Shown: positions 24,945 through 37,893, numbered from the whole stretch's first letter. The stretch is 63,867 nucleotides of DNA, filler included, from Octopus bimaculoides (GCF_001194135.2; 8 parts of 7 records of this genome joined end to end with filler, not necessarily neighbours in it), one strand, 5' to 3'. Made by a program: numbers and translations. Notes: generated by a model not told the origin, from the sequence alone.

Positions 24945-25384
24945 AAGTGAATCATGTGAGTAATAGAGTGAGATCGGGGGGAAACTTTTAATATCTGTAC
25001 AATAGTGGACCATAAAGAAAATGATAGAACGAAAAGTGAATCTGACATATAGGGAAATATAAGATATGTATTAGTGTATGAAGACAAGTGAAGCGTATGT
25101 GAAGACGGGTATAGAGAGGGTAATGAAAAACAAAAGGCGGAGAGAGGGAGAGAGAGATACTTTTACTGATTTGAGTCATTGAACTGGGACACCTTCAGGA
25201 GTGTTTCAGTTAAACACAGTAACCCAGTAATCATTTCAGTCAGGTTCTTGTTACCAATTGGCTCAATTATTCATTCCTCCCTACTCTGGATTTTGTTTTG
25301 ACCAAGTGTTGTGATAAACACAAACAGATACTTACAAACACATTATATTACATCACACACACCATATATATGTATGTGTGTGTG

Positions 25385-25680
25385 TGACAGGCTTACGGGC
25401 TTCCTCATAGTTTTCACTTATCAAAATTCAGTCACAAGTCGTTGATCGCCCTGGACTTAATAGAAGACACTTGTTGAAGATACAGCGCAGTGGGATGAAC
25501 CTGAAACCACGTGGTTGCAAAATGAAGTGTGTGTGTGTGTGTGTGTTTCTGGACAGTTTCCGCCGACCACATTCTACTAATAAGATATTAGTCAACCTAG
25601 GACTGCAGCTGAAGACACTTGCTCAACGTGCCACACAGCGAGAACGAACCCGGAACTCAAACTCACTGGTTTCGAAGAGA
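25385..25680 (-). mobile_element. Two tandem degraded SINE A 5' halves
   Basis: GAAGACACTTG...GAACC.G.AAC motif occurs at both 25465-25515 and 25612-25660. Confidence 0.6.
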
Positions 25681-26664
25681 CCTTCTCGTCTACAGTCATA
25701 CTGGCGCTTATAAAAGGATGTAGACAAATGTATGATGAGGGAGAGAGAATGAGAAAAAGCGATTACTGAAGTGTGTGTGTAAAGAGAAAAAGAAGAAAAC
25801 AGGAGTGTGAGGGAGAATACAATAACAGGGGGTGGGATAAAACAAACACACAAAAAATGTTAGTTGTTGACTAAAGTTTATAATATCTATATGGCCAGCA
25901 CTAATAGTTATATCAATGACGATGATGATGATCTGCCATTAAAAGGGAAGGTCACGCTGTACTTGTTGAAAAGTGATGCAGTTTCAGATATTTATAACTT
26001 GTAGCAACTAAACAAGTATTACAACATCAAGCTATATAGTTTCTCCTCTATCTTCTTCCTTAGGCAAATCCTTAATGTCAGTTAGTCATACAAAAACACA
26101 CATGCAGGTAGGTAGAACTAGTGAGAGATAATGGTGTTTATTACTAAAACTATTTAAATGTAGGCTGGCGGCGGAGTTTGGCGGACACTGTTGTTGTTTA
26201 TAGCCTTGCTGCCTTGTCTTGATCGAGGCATTCCAATTACATTATTTTTTGTTTTCTAATATACAAACTACATTATGTAATATTTCCTTCTCGTGTTAGA
26301 CGGCAGAGTGTGTGATTCGAGAAATATTTGGTTTCTATTTCAAGCACATTGAGTGAACAGGTGGAGACTCCCCCTCATTGACGTACGTTTCAACCTTTTA
26401 GCCGACTGAATCAGTGAACCAGTTTCGGTTTAGATTGAAGCTCATTTTGAATTTTAAAAATAGGGGTTAAATGTGCCTTTAAGAGGCAGAAATTATTAGC
26501 AATTACGTCTGTTAATGTATTGAGAAAAGGCATAACACTTACGATCCCCTAAAACGCACGTTTTGTGTATATTTCATATAGTGTGCGTATTTTGGTGCAG
26601 ACAGTTTTTATCACAACACCGTACACACACACACGAACAATACCATTTTCTGCTGACCGTGTCA

Positions 26665-26865
26665 GGATAGATTAGAAGAATAGACTGAGCGTCGGACAAA
26701 TATCTGCAATATTTAGCTACAGCTTTTAGTTCAAATCCTTCCGAGACTGACTTTGCCTTTTACTCTTCTAGGGACAGAAAACAAAATAGTCAAATACTAG
26801 GTAATCACAGGTACAATTGACAGTCTCTTCCGCTCAAATTCTAGGGTGTGTGCCTATGTAAAAAT
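26665..26865 (+). mobile_element. SINE family B, old diverged copy
   Basis: TAGTTCAAATCC..GACTTTGCCTTT and tail GTGCCTATG. Confidence 0.55.
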
Positions 26866-27305
26866 ATGGCATAAATGAAACTATGCCTATCTATCTATAT
26901 ATATATATATATATATATATNNNNNNNNNNNNNNNNNNNNNNNNNNNNNNNNNNNNNNNNNNNNNNNNNNNNNNNNNNNNNNNNNNNNNNNNNNNNNNNN
27001 NNNNNNNNNNNNNNNNNNNNNNNNNNNNNNNNNNNNNNNNNNNNNNNNNNNNNNNNNNNNNNNNNNNNNNNNNNNNNNNNNNNNNNNNNNNNNNNNNNNN
27101 NNNNNNNNNNNNNNNNNNNNNNNNNNNNNNNNNNNNNNNNNNNNNNNNNNNNNNNNNNNNNNNNNNNNNNNNNNNNNNNNNNNNNNNNNNNNNNNNNNNN
27201 NNNNNNNNNNNNNNNNNNNNNNNNNNNNNNNNNNNNNNNNNNNNNNNNNNNNNNNNNNNNNNNNNNNNNNTATATATATATACATACATACAGATATGTA
27301 AATGT

Positions 27306-27344
<39 letters not shown>

Positions 27345-28259
27345 GTTTACTTTCGTGTTAGAGACACAGCAAAAATGATTAGTCGATAAAGAATTTTCTT
27401 CTTTCGAAACACAGCAAAGGTGGGTGTATGTATTTACCTCACAAACTGAACAATTTAAATACGTTTAAGTCTACTTGCGAGAGAGAAGGGGATAGAAAGA
27501 GTAGGGGGAAAAAACTATTTCTAGACCATGTACTAATAAAATAAAAAACAACGACAGGGGAAAAACATGGAACTAAACTAATATATTAATATTAAAAAAA
27601 TGACTAATAGAAAAAAAAGAACTGACTAAGCCTTGTTGCGATTGGTCCATTATTAGGTCATGTGTCCTTAGAGACATGCCTTGAGGTCTTGCCCCAGTAA
27701 CAGCAATAGCAATAACAACAGCAGTAGTAATAGCGACTATTGTGGTGGTGTGACGGAGGTGGCAGCAAAGAGGAAAGGAGGAAGACATATATAGCAGGTA
27801 ACGTTGAAGATGAAGGTGAGGAAGGCGAACAACTGAAGATCACTGTATTGACGATGGCGGCGGCAATCAGCAGAAGATGGTATTGATAGTGGTGGAGGAA
27901 AAAGCAGAGGGAGGCGGCAGTGGAAGCGGCAAACAGCGGGTGATGATGGCGACGGCAACAACAGTTGCAGCCGTGGTGGTGTCAGCCTTGGTTATTTAAA
28001 AGGTGGTGTTGGCGGAGACGGCAACCAACAGCAGCCACAAATATGTGATGAAAATAGAAGGGAGAGAGAGAGAGAGAAGGAAAAACAAAGCAGATGTAGA
28101 AAAAGAAGAAAGTACTGGCCAAAAGAGGAATGTGGCGAAAGTGTTATACATTTGTAAACAACTATCAAATGTGATAGAGAAAAATAACCACAATCTACTG
28201 AAAGGAGGGTATCGAACCACGCATCTCTAACCAAACATTCTGAGCATGTGTGTGTGTAT

Positions 28260-28295
<36 letters not shown>

Positions 28296-28579
28296 GCGTG
28301 TGTTTTCTCGTCTACGTTTTGTTTGCAATGTCCTGTACCCAGATATGCACCTATACATACAGGTGGATGTCGGTATGCACATACCTGTACGTATATATGC
28401 ATATACTCATTTACTATTTGTTTATATATATATATATATACACTATATGTAGGCATACACATACACACACATATTACTTACTGGCAGTGCCCCAACATGG
28501 TCACAGCCTCAAGGTTGAAACAAAAGAATATACACACACACATCATCATTATCATCTCTCTCTCTCATATATATATATA

Positions 28580-28629
<50 letters not shown>

Positions 28630-29062
28630 GTGCGTGTGTAAAACACTCAAATAACCACGCAGAAAACCTCAGTGTTGGTTGAATCGAATTACAAGCGCGG
28701 TTCTTAGGCTAAAGAAGTGTTTATGAATGTAGAATACATTGTTAGCGATTTCAGTTTTTGGATGCGGTCACACCAGAACCATTATCTTCAAAGGTAATAA
28801 CCGGGGCATTACCTTCAATCGAGTGAGAACTACCTATTTCAGTCTGGTACTTCTTATCGATCTCTATTTGTAGAATGATCAATTTTGATTTACCTTTCCA
28901 CGTAAAAAGATACGCAACTCGCAGCAGTTTTGAACCGGTATACAGAAATATGCACGCACGTGTGTGTACATATATGCATGCGTGTGTGCGTGCACACATA
29001 CACACACTTGTTGCGAAGCGAATGCATGTTAATTAGAATGATATTCTAATCTATATAATATA

Positions 29063-29187
29063 AGTTTCAAATTTTGGCACAATGCCAGCAATTTCAAGGG
29101 TGGGGATAAGTCGATTACATCGACTCCAGTGCTCAACTGGTACTTATTTTAATCGATCCCGAAAGGATGAAAGGCAAAGTCGACCTT
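29063..29187 (-). mobile_element. 5'-truncated SINE B with 14-bp TSD
   Basis: ATCTATATAATATA flanks both sides (29049-29062 and 29188-29201). The element lacks the tRNA head. Confidence 0.85.
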
Positions 29188-29639
29188 ATCTATATAATAT
29201 AGACACAGAATATAAATAATGTATATTTATACACATATTACAGAAAAATATAAAGAGTTTATTATAAAATATATATCGTGACGGATGGTATTTTAAGAGA
29301 AATTAATTCTATTACAAAGTTGTAATTAATTCTCTGGGAAGTAATCACTTTGGAAGGCTGAAAGCATCAAGAGGGATGAATGACAAAATGAAACCCATCG
29401 CTTATGAACTTGGTGAAAAGAGTTTCCATATTAAAACAGCGCCTTTTCCAGCACTTCTATGCCGGATATAAGCTTTCCAACTAATGTTTAATGTGCACCA
29501 TAGACACTTATAGTGAAATCTCAAGAGTGTCCATGTTTCAATGAATGTAGTAGGGATGTGATGATAGAGACATCACAGTCCCTATCTAACCAGATTAGTT
29601 TCTCCAGTGTCCCAATCGCAGCTGAATCCTTCTCAGTCT

Positions 29640-29885
29640 TTAAGTCGATTTAAGTATATGGAGAATAAAGTTGGCGCAGATATATCTTCCTGTTTAAAAC
29701 TATTGCTCTGTAAAATCAAATCCGACAGAACACCGTTTGAGTTGACGCAGGCCTTCACATCCGTGTGTAGATGGATAAACATTTCAATCACCCTATCAAA
29801 AGTTTTCATTAGCTCAACGAAAACTTGGTAAGGGGCGAGTCTCTGTTCTGTGCACTTCTCTTGCAACTGTCTGAGGTCGTGCCTT
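29640..29885 (-). mobile_element. RTE-clade LINE RT fragment
   Basis: RQLQEKCTEQRLAPYQVFVELMKTFD..LHTDVKACVNSNGVLSD...KQEDISAPTLFSIYL matches RTE RT domains 2-4 (RQLQEKC.EQ...LY..FVDL.KAFD; GVKQG...APTLF). Confidence 0.8.
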
Positions 29886-29935
29886 ATCGGATCTCAATCC
29901 ACAGAGACAAGGAAGGAACCCAAAACCGTGTAAGT

Positions 29936-30180
29936 GCAGGTACGTGGCTTAGTGGCTAGGGTGGAGCACTCACAATTTTACGCTCGTGATTTCGATTCCT
30001 GGACCGAGCGGTGCGTTGAGTTCTTGAGCAAAAGACTTCATTTCACTCAGTCCCATTCAGCTAGCAAAACTGAGAGTTCCTGCGATCGACTGGCGTCCCG
30101 TTCAGGTGGGAGTACATGTGCCACAGAAACCAGGAAACCGGCCTTATGACTCTATATGACTCGGGGAAAGGACTTTATCC
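29936..30180 (+). mobile_element. tRNA-derived SINE with CORE-like and V-domain-like segments
   Basis: TGGCTTAGTGG A box, GATTTCGATTCC B box, TTCTTGAGCAAAAGACTT core, then CCTGCGATCGACTGGCGTCCCGTTCAGGTG. Confidence 0.7.
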
Positions 30181-30599
30181 TCTTTTTAAAACCGTGTAAA
30201 CCGAGGGCCAATTGTGTGAATGTGTGTGTGTGCGTGTGTATGGACCACAAACACACAAATGCAAGTTTTAAAAGCTTCCAAGTTAATGAATTAGCTGGGC
30301 TTTCGAGTATACTCACGACACGGTAGTTCAATATTGAAATCCATCCACATAGAATGTTGTGAACTCCATTTGATGGAAAGGAAAAAAAAAGTAGTGAAGA
30401 CGAAAACCTAGAAACCAATGAAGCCCCAATACAAAATTCGCTTTCGTTCTGTACAGGAGATCAAGGACAATCTTCTTGTGGAACGTATTCGCCAAGATTA
30501 CCCTCCATATTACTACAGTACAGTAGATCAAACCATAGTGTTTTTAACATTAACAGCTTGAATATTCATTTCCGAGACGATCACTCAAGTCAAAGAGCG

Positions 30600-30797
30600 A
30601 GATCTTTATGCAGTCGTTCTATCTACTAGAAATACTAGCCAAATGTCCTCAAATTACACCAGGCCTACGTGAAAAGGAGGAAGAACACTGGATAGGGTAT
30701 TCTTAGATAACCCTCAGAAGACAAAAGTGATCTTGGATGAACGCCTTTGATCATATGACTGCTTAATCAGAGCTGACCTGGGGCTAAACAACAACTG
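30600..30797 (+). mobile_element. SINE-like repeat family E, 3' part
   Basis: CTAGAAATACTAGCCAAATGTCCTCAAATTACACC core, ending GAGCTGACCTGGGGCTAAACAACAAC. Confidence 0.55.
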
Positions 30798-31244
30798 ACA
30801 AGTGAGCGAAATTATCTACATTCCGAATAACAAAATTTAATGTCAATAAAATGTTTACAAACATTTATTTATCATCATCATCCATTATTATTATTAAATA
30901 ACAGGAATACTATTTCGGTAGACAAGAACATGACACATCCGGAATGCTGGACCAATGGGTCAGATAATGTCTTTCAAACACCTCCGACTTATAAAGCTAC
31001 GTAATCAGGAATACTACAGAGTAACATGTTGTCATTATGGACAGTGGTCTGGACCCCAAAGTCAAGCCCCTTATCTGTAACTCGATCGCTTATAAGTTTA
31101 TTGTTCAACACCAGGATTTTAAAAGTACAAAGTATATGGTGATGATGATGACAACTATATTAACAACAAAAAGGAATAAACAAAACCAAAAAGAAAAAGT
31201 TATCAATGCTGTTTTGTTTTTTCTTTGTTCATCCCCCCCCCCCC

Positions 31245-31344
31245 NNNNNNNNNNNNNNNNNNNNNNNNNNNNNNNNNNNNNNNNNNNNTTAATTAATTAA
31301 NNNNNNNNNNNNNNNNNNNNNNNNNNNNNNNNNNNNNNNNNNNN
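31245..31344. other. Artificial scaffold-joining spacer
   Basis: 44 N + TTAATTAATTAA (31289-31300) + 44 N. Confidence 0.97.
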
Positions 31345-31399
<55 letters not shown>

Positions 31400-31677
31400 T
31401 GTATATAAGTGTGTGTGTGTGTATGTGTGTATGCATGTATGCCAAAACACAAATATAGACGCATTAATAACTCACAGACGCATTTACAAATATAAAGCAC
31501 ATGTATTCACTCAGGCGCACACGCATTGTCAAACACGCACCAACGCGGACACACGGACACAAAGCAGACATACGTATGAACATTTGCATCCGCACTCACA
31601 TATAACGCCTTTGTGTTATATGTGCCACTACTAACAAGGAATCCATCCATATGACACAGGTAGCCTGTCTTACTCTT

Positions 31678-31678
31678 C

Positions 31679-31758
<80 letters not shown>

Positions 31759-31975
31759 ACCTGTTTGATTTTTGCAGCAAAACTGTTCGCTACTATTACT
31801 AGTATTAATACTAATATTACATCTAAAGACTAATAATAATATAGGATGAAACGTTAGCAGGAGTTGGGATAAAGGAGGAAAGGTAGTGGTGGTGGTTGTG
31901 TTGGTGGTTGTGATAGTGGTGGTGATGCTGGTGGTAGTGGCATTAGTGTTGGTGTTGTTGTTGCTGTTGTTGTTG

Positions 31976-32007
<32 letters not shown>

Positions 32008-32119
32008 GGTGGTGGTGGTGGTGGTGATAGAATACTCGAATTAAACAAGCAAAAAAGTCGAATACAAATTACTGGAGTTAGCATATGTTTAATGAAGATA
32101 ATATTAAAACATGATGATT

Positions 32120-32175
<56 letters not shown>

Positions 32176-32954
32176 GATGATGAGGAGGAGGAGGAGGAGG
32201 AGAAGAGGAGGGGGTGGAGGTGGTGGTGGTGGTGGAGGAGGAAGGGTAAGAGAATGGAGAAAGTGGAGAAAGATGTGGATGGCTGGTGGTACGATGGTGA
32301 TGACTTCGATTATGGTGGTGACGATGTTGATGATGAAGATGAGGGTGAGGAAGAAGAGAGGGAAAAGTGGGAAGGAGAAGGAAGAGGAGGTGGTAGTTTT
32401 GACGATGATGGTGATAATAATGATGACAAGGTTGATGATGACAAAAGTTCTGAAGAAAAATAGAAAGAAAAACATGAGGTTATATTGAAGTAATGAATAT
32501 GAGAAAAAAACAACCCCCAAAAATCCAGCGATGAGAGAAAAACTAACTGAGAAGAAGAAGAAGAAGAAGAAGAAGAAGAAGAAGAAGAAGAAGAAGAAGA
32601 AGAAGAAGAAGAAGAAGAAGAAGAAGAAGAAGAATGAAATCTGAGAAAGAATTCAGGATAGAATGAAGGAGAAAATGAATTGAAGGACTCGGTGAATTCC
32701 GCTATTAGCGTGATCTAAATTTGGAAAGAAATTAAAACAATGAGAAAAATTAAATGACTATAACAGAGTAAAGGAAATATAATTGTATATTATTCCATAT
32801 GATTATCATTACTAATATAATTATTATTATTATCATTATTTTCAATATCATCCTCATCCGTTGCTGTTGTTGTTCATGTTTTTTTTTTGTTTCTAGTTGT
32901 AGTATTTGTAATAGCGTAAGAAAATGAAGAAAAAAATAGGATGATAAAACGGGG

Positions 32955-33023
<69 letters not shown>

Positions 33024-33430
33024 GTTGCTACTGCTGCGACGACGGCGACAAAGACGGAAGCGGCGATGACGATAACCACAACGGTGATGATGATTGTGAT
33101 GGTGGTGGTGGTTGTGATGATTTAAAACAAGAATATTAAGAAAGAGAATAACAACGGTTAGAAGGAGATGTGGTTGATGATGATGATTATTATTATTATT
33201 ATGAAAAAGAAGAAGAAGAAGAAGAAGAAGAAGAAGAAGAAGAAGAAGAAGAAGAAGAAGAAGAAGAAGAAGATAAAGATAAGGAAAAAAACGAAGGAGA
33301 GTGTGAAGAAGAAAATATATAGAGTGTGGGGGAGAAGGAGGAGGAAATGATGAAAAAGAAGAGAAAAGAGATGTAGATGGAAGAAGATGGAAGAAGATGC
33401 AAGAAGAGGAGGAGATGGAGGACAAGGTGT
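31678..33430. repeat. Mosaic of trinucleotide microsatellites
   Basis: (GTA)n 31678-31757; (GTT)/(GGT) ~31880-32026; (GAT)/(GAG)/(GGT) ~32110-32450; (GAA)n 32550-32633 and 33205-33272; (CTA)n 32955-33022. Confidence 0.95.
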
Positions 33431-33799
33431 AAAGGAAAGTGAAGGTGAAATAAAATGTGTGCCAGTATCTTGTCAAATCTGACTAGCGATATTTCCTCCA
33501 ACACATAAGGTTTTTAAAATATCGATCTTCGCGCACATGTACCACAACACAATCAGAAAGGAGATTTTCCTATTACGGTAACCGATTTTCCCACCAATCA
33601 GATCACTGCTGGTAGGCGGTCGGAGCACTTGCGATGCTAAATAAAGGGCAAATTTGCTATTGAATAGTGGTGGGGAGGTGGTTAAAAGAAAACAAAAGAA
33701 AAACCTCATAAGACAAAACAAAATAGAGCAAATGTACAAATATATATCTATATATTTAATTGTTGTAGTAGTAGTAGTAATTGTAATAATGATAATTAC

Positions 33800-34238
33800 A
33801 ATGGCTTCAAATTTTCATACGAGGGCAGTAGTTTCGGAGGAAGGATCAAGTCGATTACATCGACTCCAGTGCACAACTGGTATTTATTTTATCGACCCTG
33901 AAAAGATTTTAAAAAAAGCAAAGTCGACCTTGACAAATTTTGAACTCAAAACGTAATAGAAAAAAAAAAAAGCAGAATGCTGCTAAGCATTTCGTCCAGC
34001 ATGCTAACGATTCTGCTAGGTGTCCACCTGAATAATAATGATAATTATTATTTCAAATTTTGGCACAAGGCCAGCAAGTTCGGTGGCGGGGATAAGTCGA
34101 GTACATCGACCCAGAGTTCAACTGGTACTTATTCTACACCCGGAAGGATGAAAGGCAAAATCGACTTCGGCATTTCGTCTGTATTCAGAACTGAATACGG
34201 CTAAGTATTTTGCCCAGCTTGATTCTGCCAGCTCACCG

Positions 34239-34322
<84 letters not shown>

Positions 34323-34697
34323 TAATAATGATGATGATGATAATAATAATACCAATAATGATAATAATAATAACGCTAATAATAATAATACTAAACGCAC
34401 AAGGCCTGGATTTTGTGGGGGAGGAATGAGTCGATTACATCGACTCCAGTGTTTTGATGGTATTTAATTTACCCTTACGATAATAAGGATAATAAGCCTT
34501 TCTAATATAGGCACAAAGCCTGGATTTTGTGGGGAGGGGGACCAGTTGATCACATCGCTCCTAGTACTCAACTGGTATTTAATTTACCGACCCCGAAAGG
34601 ATGAAAGGCAAAGTCGATCTTGGTGGAATTTGAACTCAGAACGTAATACCGCTAAGCATTTCGCTCGGTGTGCTAACGATTTTGCTAGCTTGCTGCT

Positions 34698-34767
<70 letters not shown>

Positions 34768-35070
34768 TAATAATAATAATAATAATAATAGTAATAATAA
34801 TAATAATAATAACGATAATGATGATTGCATAAACCAACTGAAAAAATTATGAGGACGATTTCTAACTTTGGTCCAAGTCCACAGGTTATTTATTAAATGT
34901 CCATCGATGTAATCGAACTCGTTCATTGATTGGCGGTCTTAAATTTATCGATCGAGCATAGATGAAAGATAAATTTCTCCGAGGCAGAATGTGAACTCAG
35001 AACCTAACGAGACGAAAAAGAACTACTGCACATCATACATCTGGTATTTAACAAATATCTGCCATTCAAA
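33800..35070 (-). mobile_element. Cluster of five co-oriented SINE B copies separated by (ATT)n/(TAA)n tracts
   Basis: Copies at about 33800-34030, 34061-34242, 34392-34480 (partial), 34497-34699 and 34890-35070 (diverged), each with the GTCGA-N5-TCGAC-derived motif. Confidence 0.85.
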
Positions 35071-35454
35071 TTGTCTTTTTTTTTTTAAATAAAAAATAAT
35101 AATATTGATTTCTTGCATTGATTTAAGATTAATGATTTTAGAGTGACGAGAGCTGGAGTAATGTATCTTATATCCTAACGTGCACTAAGTTGATCTCTAG
35201 TTGCGAGGGACAGCCAAGTGTGTTTCATCGATATTCCTAAACAGATGCAAATTGATAGGAAAACTAGAAAACTAATGATGTCATTGCCAAGACTTCTTTC
35301 TCTGTCGATTCGGATTGCTGATGTCGATATACACAGGATATACAGAAATCCCTCGCGTTAACAATGCTTTCATACGATTTTGCTGTAACGTGAAATTAAT
35401 TTACCCATTGATTTTCATGTAAATCGTGATGTGTTACAACAGAGTTTTTCGAAA

Positions 35455-35740
35455 AACTGGTACTTCGTCGGTTACGACGACAATCCGATCAACGGAACAG
35501 CGTGCTCGTGAAAGCAAGTGACTTAGCACACCACTGACACGTGTACCCTAAATGAAGTTCTCAGGGAGATTCATTCAGTGTCACATAGATTGTGACAGAG
35601 CTAGCCCTTTGAAATACAGGCACTACACATTTCTGCCAGCTGAGTGAACTGGAACAATGTGAAATAAAGTGACTTCCTCGAAGACACAACGCGCCGACGG
35701 GGACCGAATTCACGACGTTACGATTGTAAGCCAAATACCC
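35455..35740 (-). mobile_element. tRNA-derived SINE, family C-related head with a different tail
   Basis: Minus strand: GGCTTACAATCGTAACGTCGTGAATTCGGTCCC, CACTTTATTTCACATTGTTCCAGTTCACTCAGCTGG. Confidence 0.6.
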
Positions 35741-35885
35741 ACGTGCCTTTCGAAAAACAATATCAACAAAAACCAAAAAAACATCATCCCTTATATATGT
35801 GTAAATAACAGATTTTAAACACACACTACTATGTTTGTATGTGTATGTATATATATATATATATATATACATACAGGCAAACAGA

Positions 35886-36035
<150 letters not shown>

Positions 36036-36074
36036 TAAAAACGTTTGAAGAGGAAATTGTCAGGCAATATATGA

Positions 36075-36272
36075 CGGTTTCAAAATCTGGCACGAACCCA
36101 GCAGTTTCTGAAGGGAGGGTGACATCAATTACATCGACCCCAGCATTTGACTGGTACTTACTTTATGGACCCCGAAATGATGAAAAGCAAAGTGAATTTG
36201 AACTCAGAACGCAAGGGCAGACGAAATGCAGCTACGCATTCTACTCGATGTGCTCACGATCCTGCTAGTTCA
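36075..36272 (-). mobile_element. SINE family B
   Basis: ATCGACCCCAGC...CTGGTACTT...GAATTTGAACTCAGAACG. Confidence 0.75.
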
Positions 36273-36544
36273 TTAGGGAATATATAACAATCATAATACC
36301 GGTTGTGTTCCTACGACAAATGATGTTAAACTCTGCGTCAACGGTGATATTGGGAAGATAAGTGACATAACTTTCTAATTGGCCACCATCAAGATGTACT
36401 GGAATGGGTTAAGAACTTACCCTACTTTATTTCATATTCGTGGGGTATCGTCTTTGTACAGCTCAATGTAGAAACTGAGTTCATTTATGTTTAGGGTTGT
36501 TTCCAGCAAAATACTTACAAACTTTCTTCTATTGGCGTGTGATA

Positions 36545-36702
36545 AGAAGTTTGGTTGTGTGGTAAGAAGTACCCTTCCTAGCCACATGCTTTCGAGTTCA
36601 GTTCCACTGCCTGGTAGGTTAGGCAAGTGTCTTATACAATGGTCTAGGACCGACCAAAGTCTTGTGAGTGGATTAATTCGAACGAAACTGGAAGGAGCCT
36701 GT

Positions 36703-36747
<45 letters not shown>

Positions 36748-36812
36748 GTGTGTGTATACTTTTGTTATTTACACCACCTGTCCTCGTCTGTTGTTATTTT
36801 TTGTATATTCTC

Positions 36813-36855
<43 letters not shown>

Positions 36856-37062
36856 TATGTGTGTGTGTGTGTGTGTGGGGGTTTGTCCCCCACTACTCTT
36901 TGACAATCGATATTGAGGTAATTATGTGCCTAGCTGTTCAGCAAAGAAGATCGATAGCATAATGGCTTAATAAATAAGTACTGGAGTCAATTCCTTTGAC
37001 CTAAATTCTTCAAGGTGTTGTCCCAGCAGGGTTACAGTCCGGTGACTGAAACAAGTAAAAGT
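36545..37062 (+). mobile_element. SINE family A with a foreign fragment in its central microsatellite
   Basis: Head at 36545-36700, tail at 36880-37062. 36752-36820 is identical in sequence to 53779-53845. Confidence 0.75.
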
Positions 37063-37149
37063 TAACTAATAAATACCAGTTCTATCGATATTCTTCAGAA
37101 TCAGTTTTAGTGAAGCGGGTGCAATTTCTTAATTGTCGTATCAGCCTGC

Positions 37150-37420
37150 TCTTTTTTTCATAACATACGTCCCTCATGAGATAACCCTTCTCTATGGGAT
37201 ACTGCCAACGCAACCCCATTGCTCTTTATGATTTCTTCATATCCTACATCATTTACATGCGACAAAACCTTCTCGAATTTGATGTAGACTTTTTGATTGT
37301 GGAAAGCTTGTAATATGCCAGGTACAATCTCGCAGTATTTTTCCAAGCACCTTTCAGCGATGAAGGCTTCACTTCATCCCTTGTCTCACCTATGCTATCT
37401 ACAGCATTCACTTAATGCTG
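37150..37420 (-). mobile_element. pogo/Tigger-like transposase C-terminal remnant
   Basis: NAVDSIGETRDEVKPSSLKGAWK(K)...VGYEEII...SHREGLSHE resembles the Tigger pattern AW.EVK.ST...AWKKL ... GF.E.....SH.EELS.E. Confidence 0.5.
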
Positions 37421-37513
37421 AGCTTCGAGAAAGTTCATGAAAGTTCAGTGGGTGACTGAGTGTAAAGAACAAAACGATTAATGCTTTTGCTTGAAATATT
37501 ATGACTAGCATTC

Positions 37514-37893
37514 TACATGGCCGTGTGGCAAGAAACATGTTTCCCAGCCACATGGTTCCGGATTCAGTCCCAATGCGTGGCACCTTGGGCAAGTGTCTTC
37601 TACTATAGCCTCAGGCCGATGAAAGCCTTGTGTGTAAATTTGGTAGACGGAAACTGAAAGAAGCGCATCATATGTCTGTGTCTGTGTTTGTACCGCCACC
37701 ATCGTTTGACGATTGATGTTTGTGTGTTTATTTACCCGTAACTTAGCGGTTCGGCAAAGGAACTTATAAAATAAGTATTTGGTATAAAAACTAAATCCTG
37801 GTGGCGTCGATTTGTTCGACTAAAACCCCTTAAGGTTGTGCTCCAGCATGACTGCACTCAAATGACAGAAACAAGTAAAAGAACAAAAGAATA
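37514..37893 (+). mobile_element. SINE family A, full length
   Basis: CACATGGTTCCGGATTCAGTCCC...GGCACCTTGGGCAAGTGTC ... GAAACAAGTAAAAGAACAAAAGAATAC. Confidence 0.9.

Noticed and set aside
32092-32520. Acidic poly-D/E and poly-I/P ORFs
   Set aside because: All frames are homopolymer runs from triplet repeats, with no splice or homology support.
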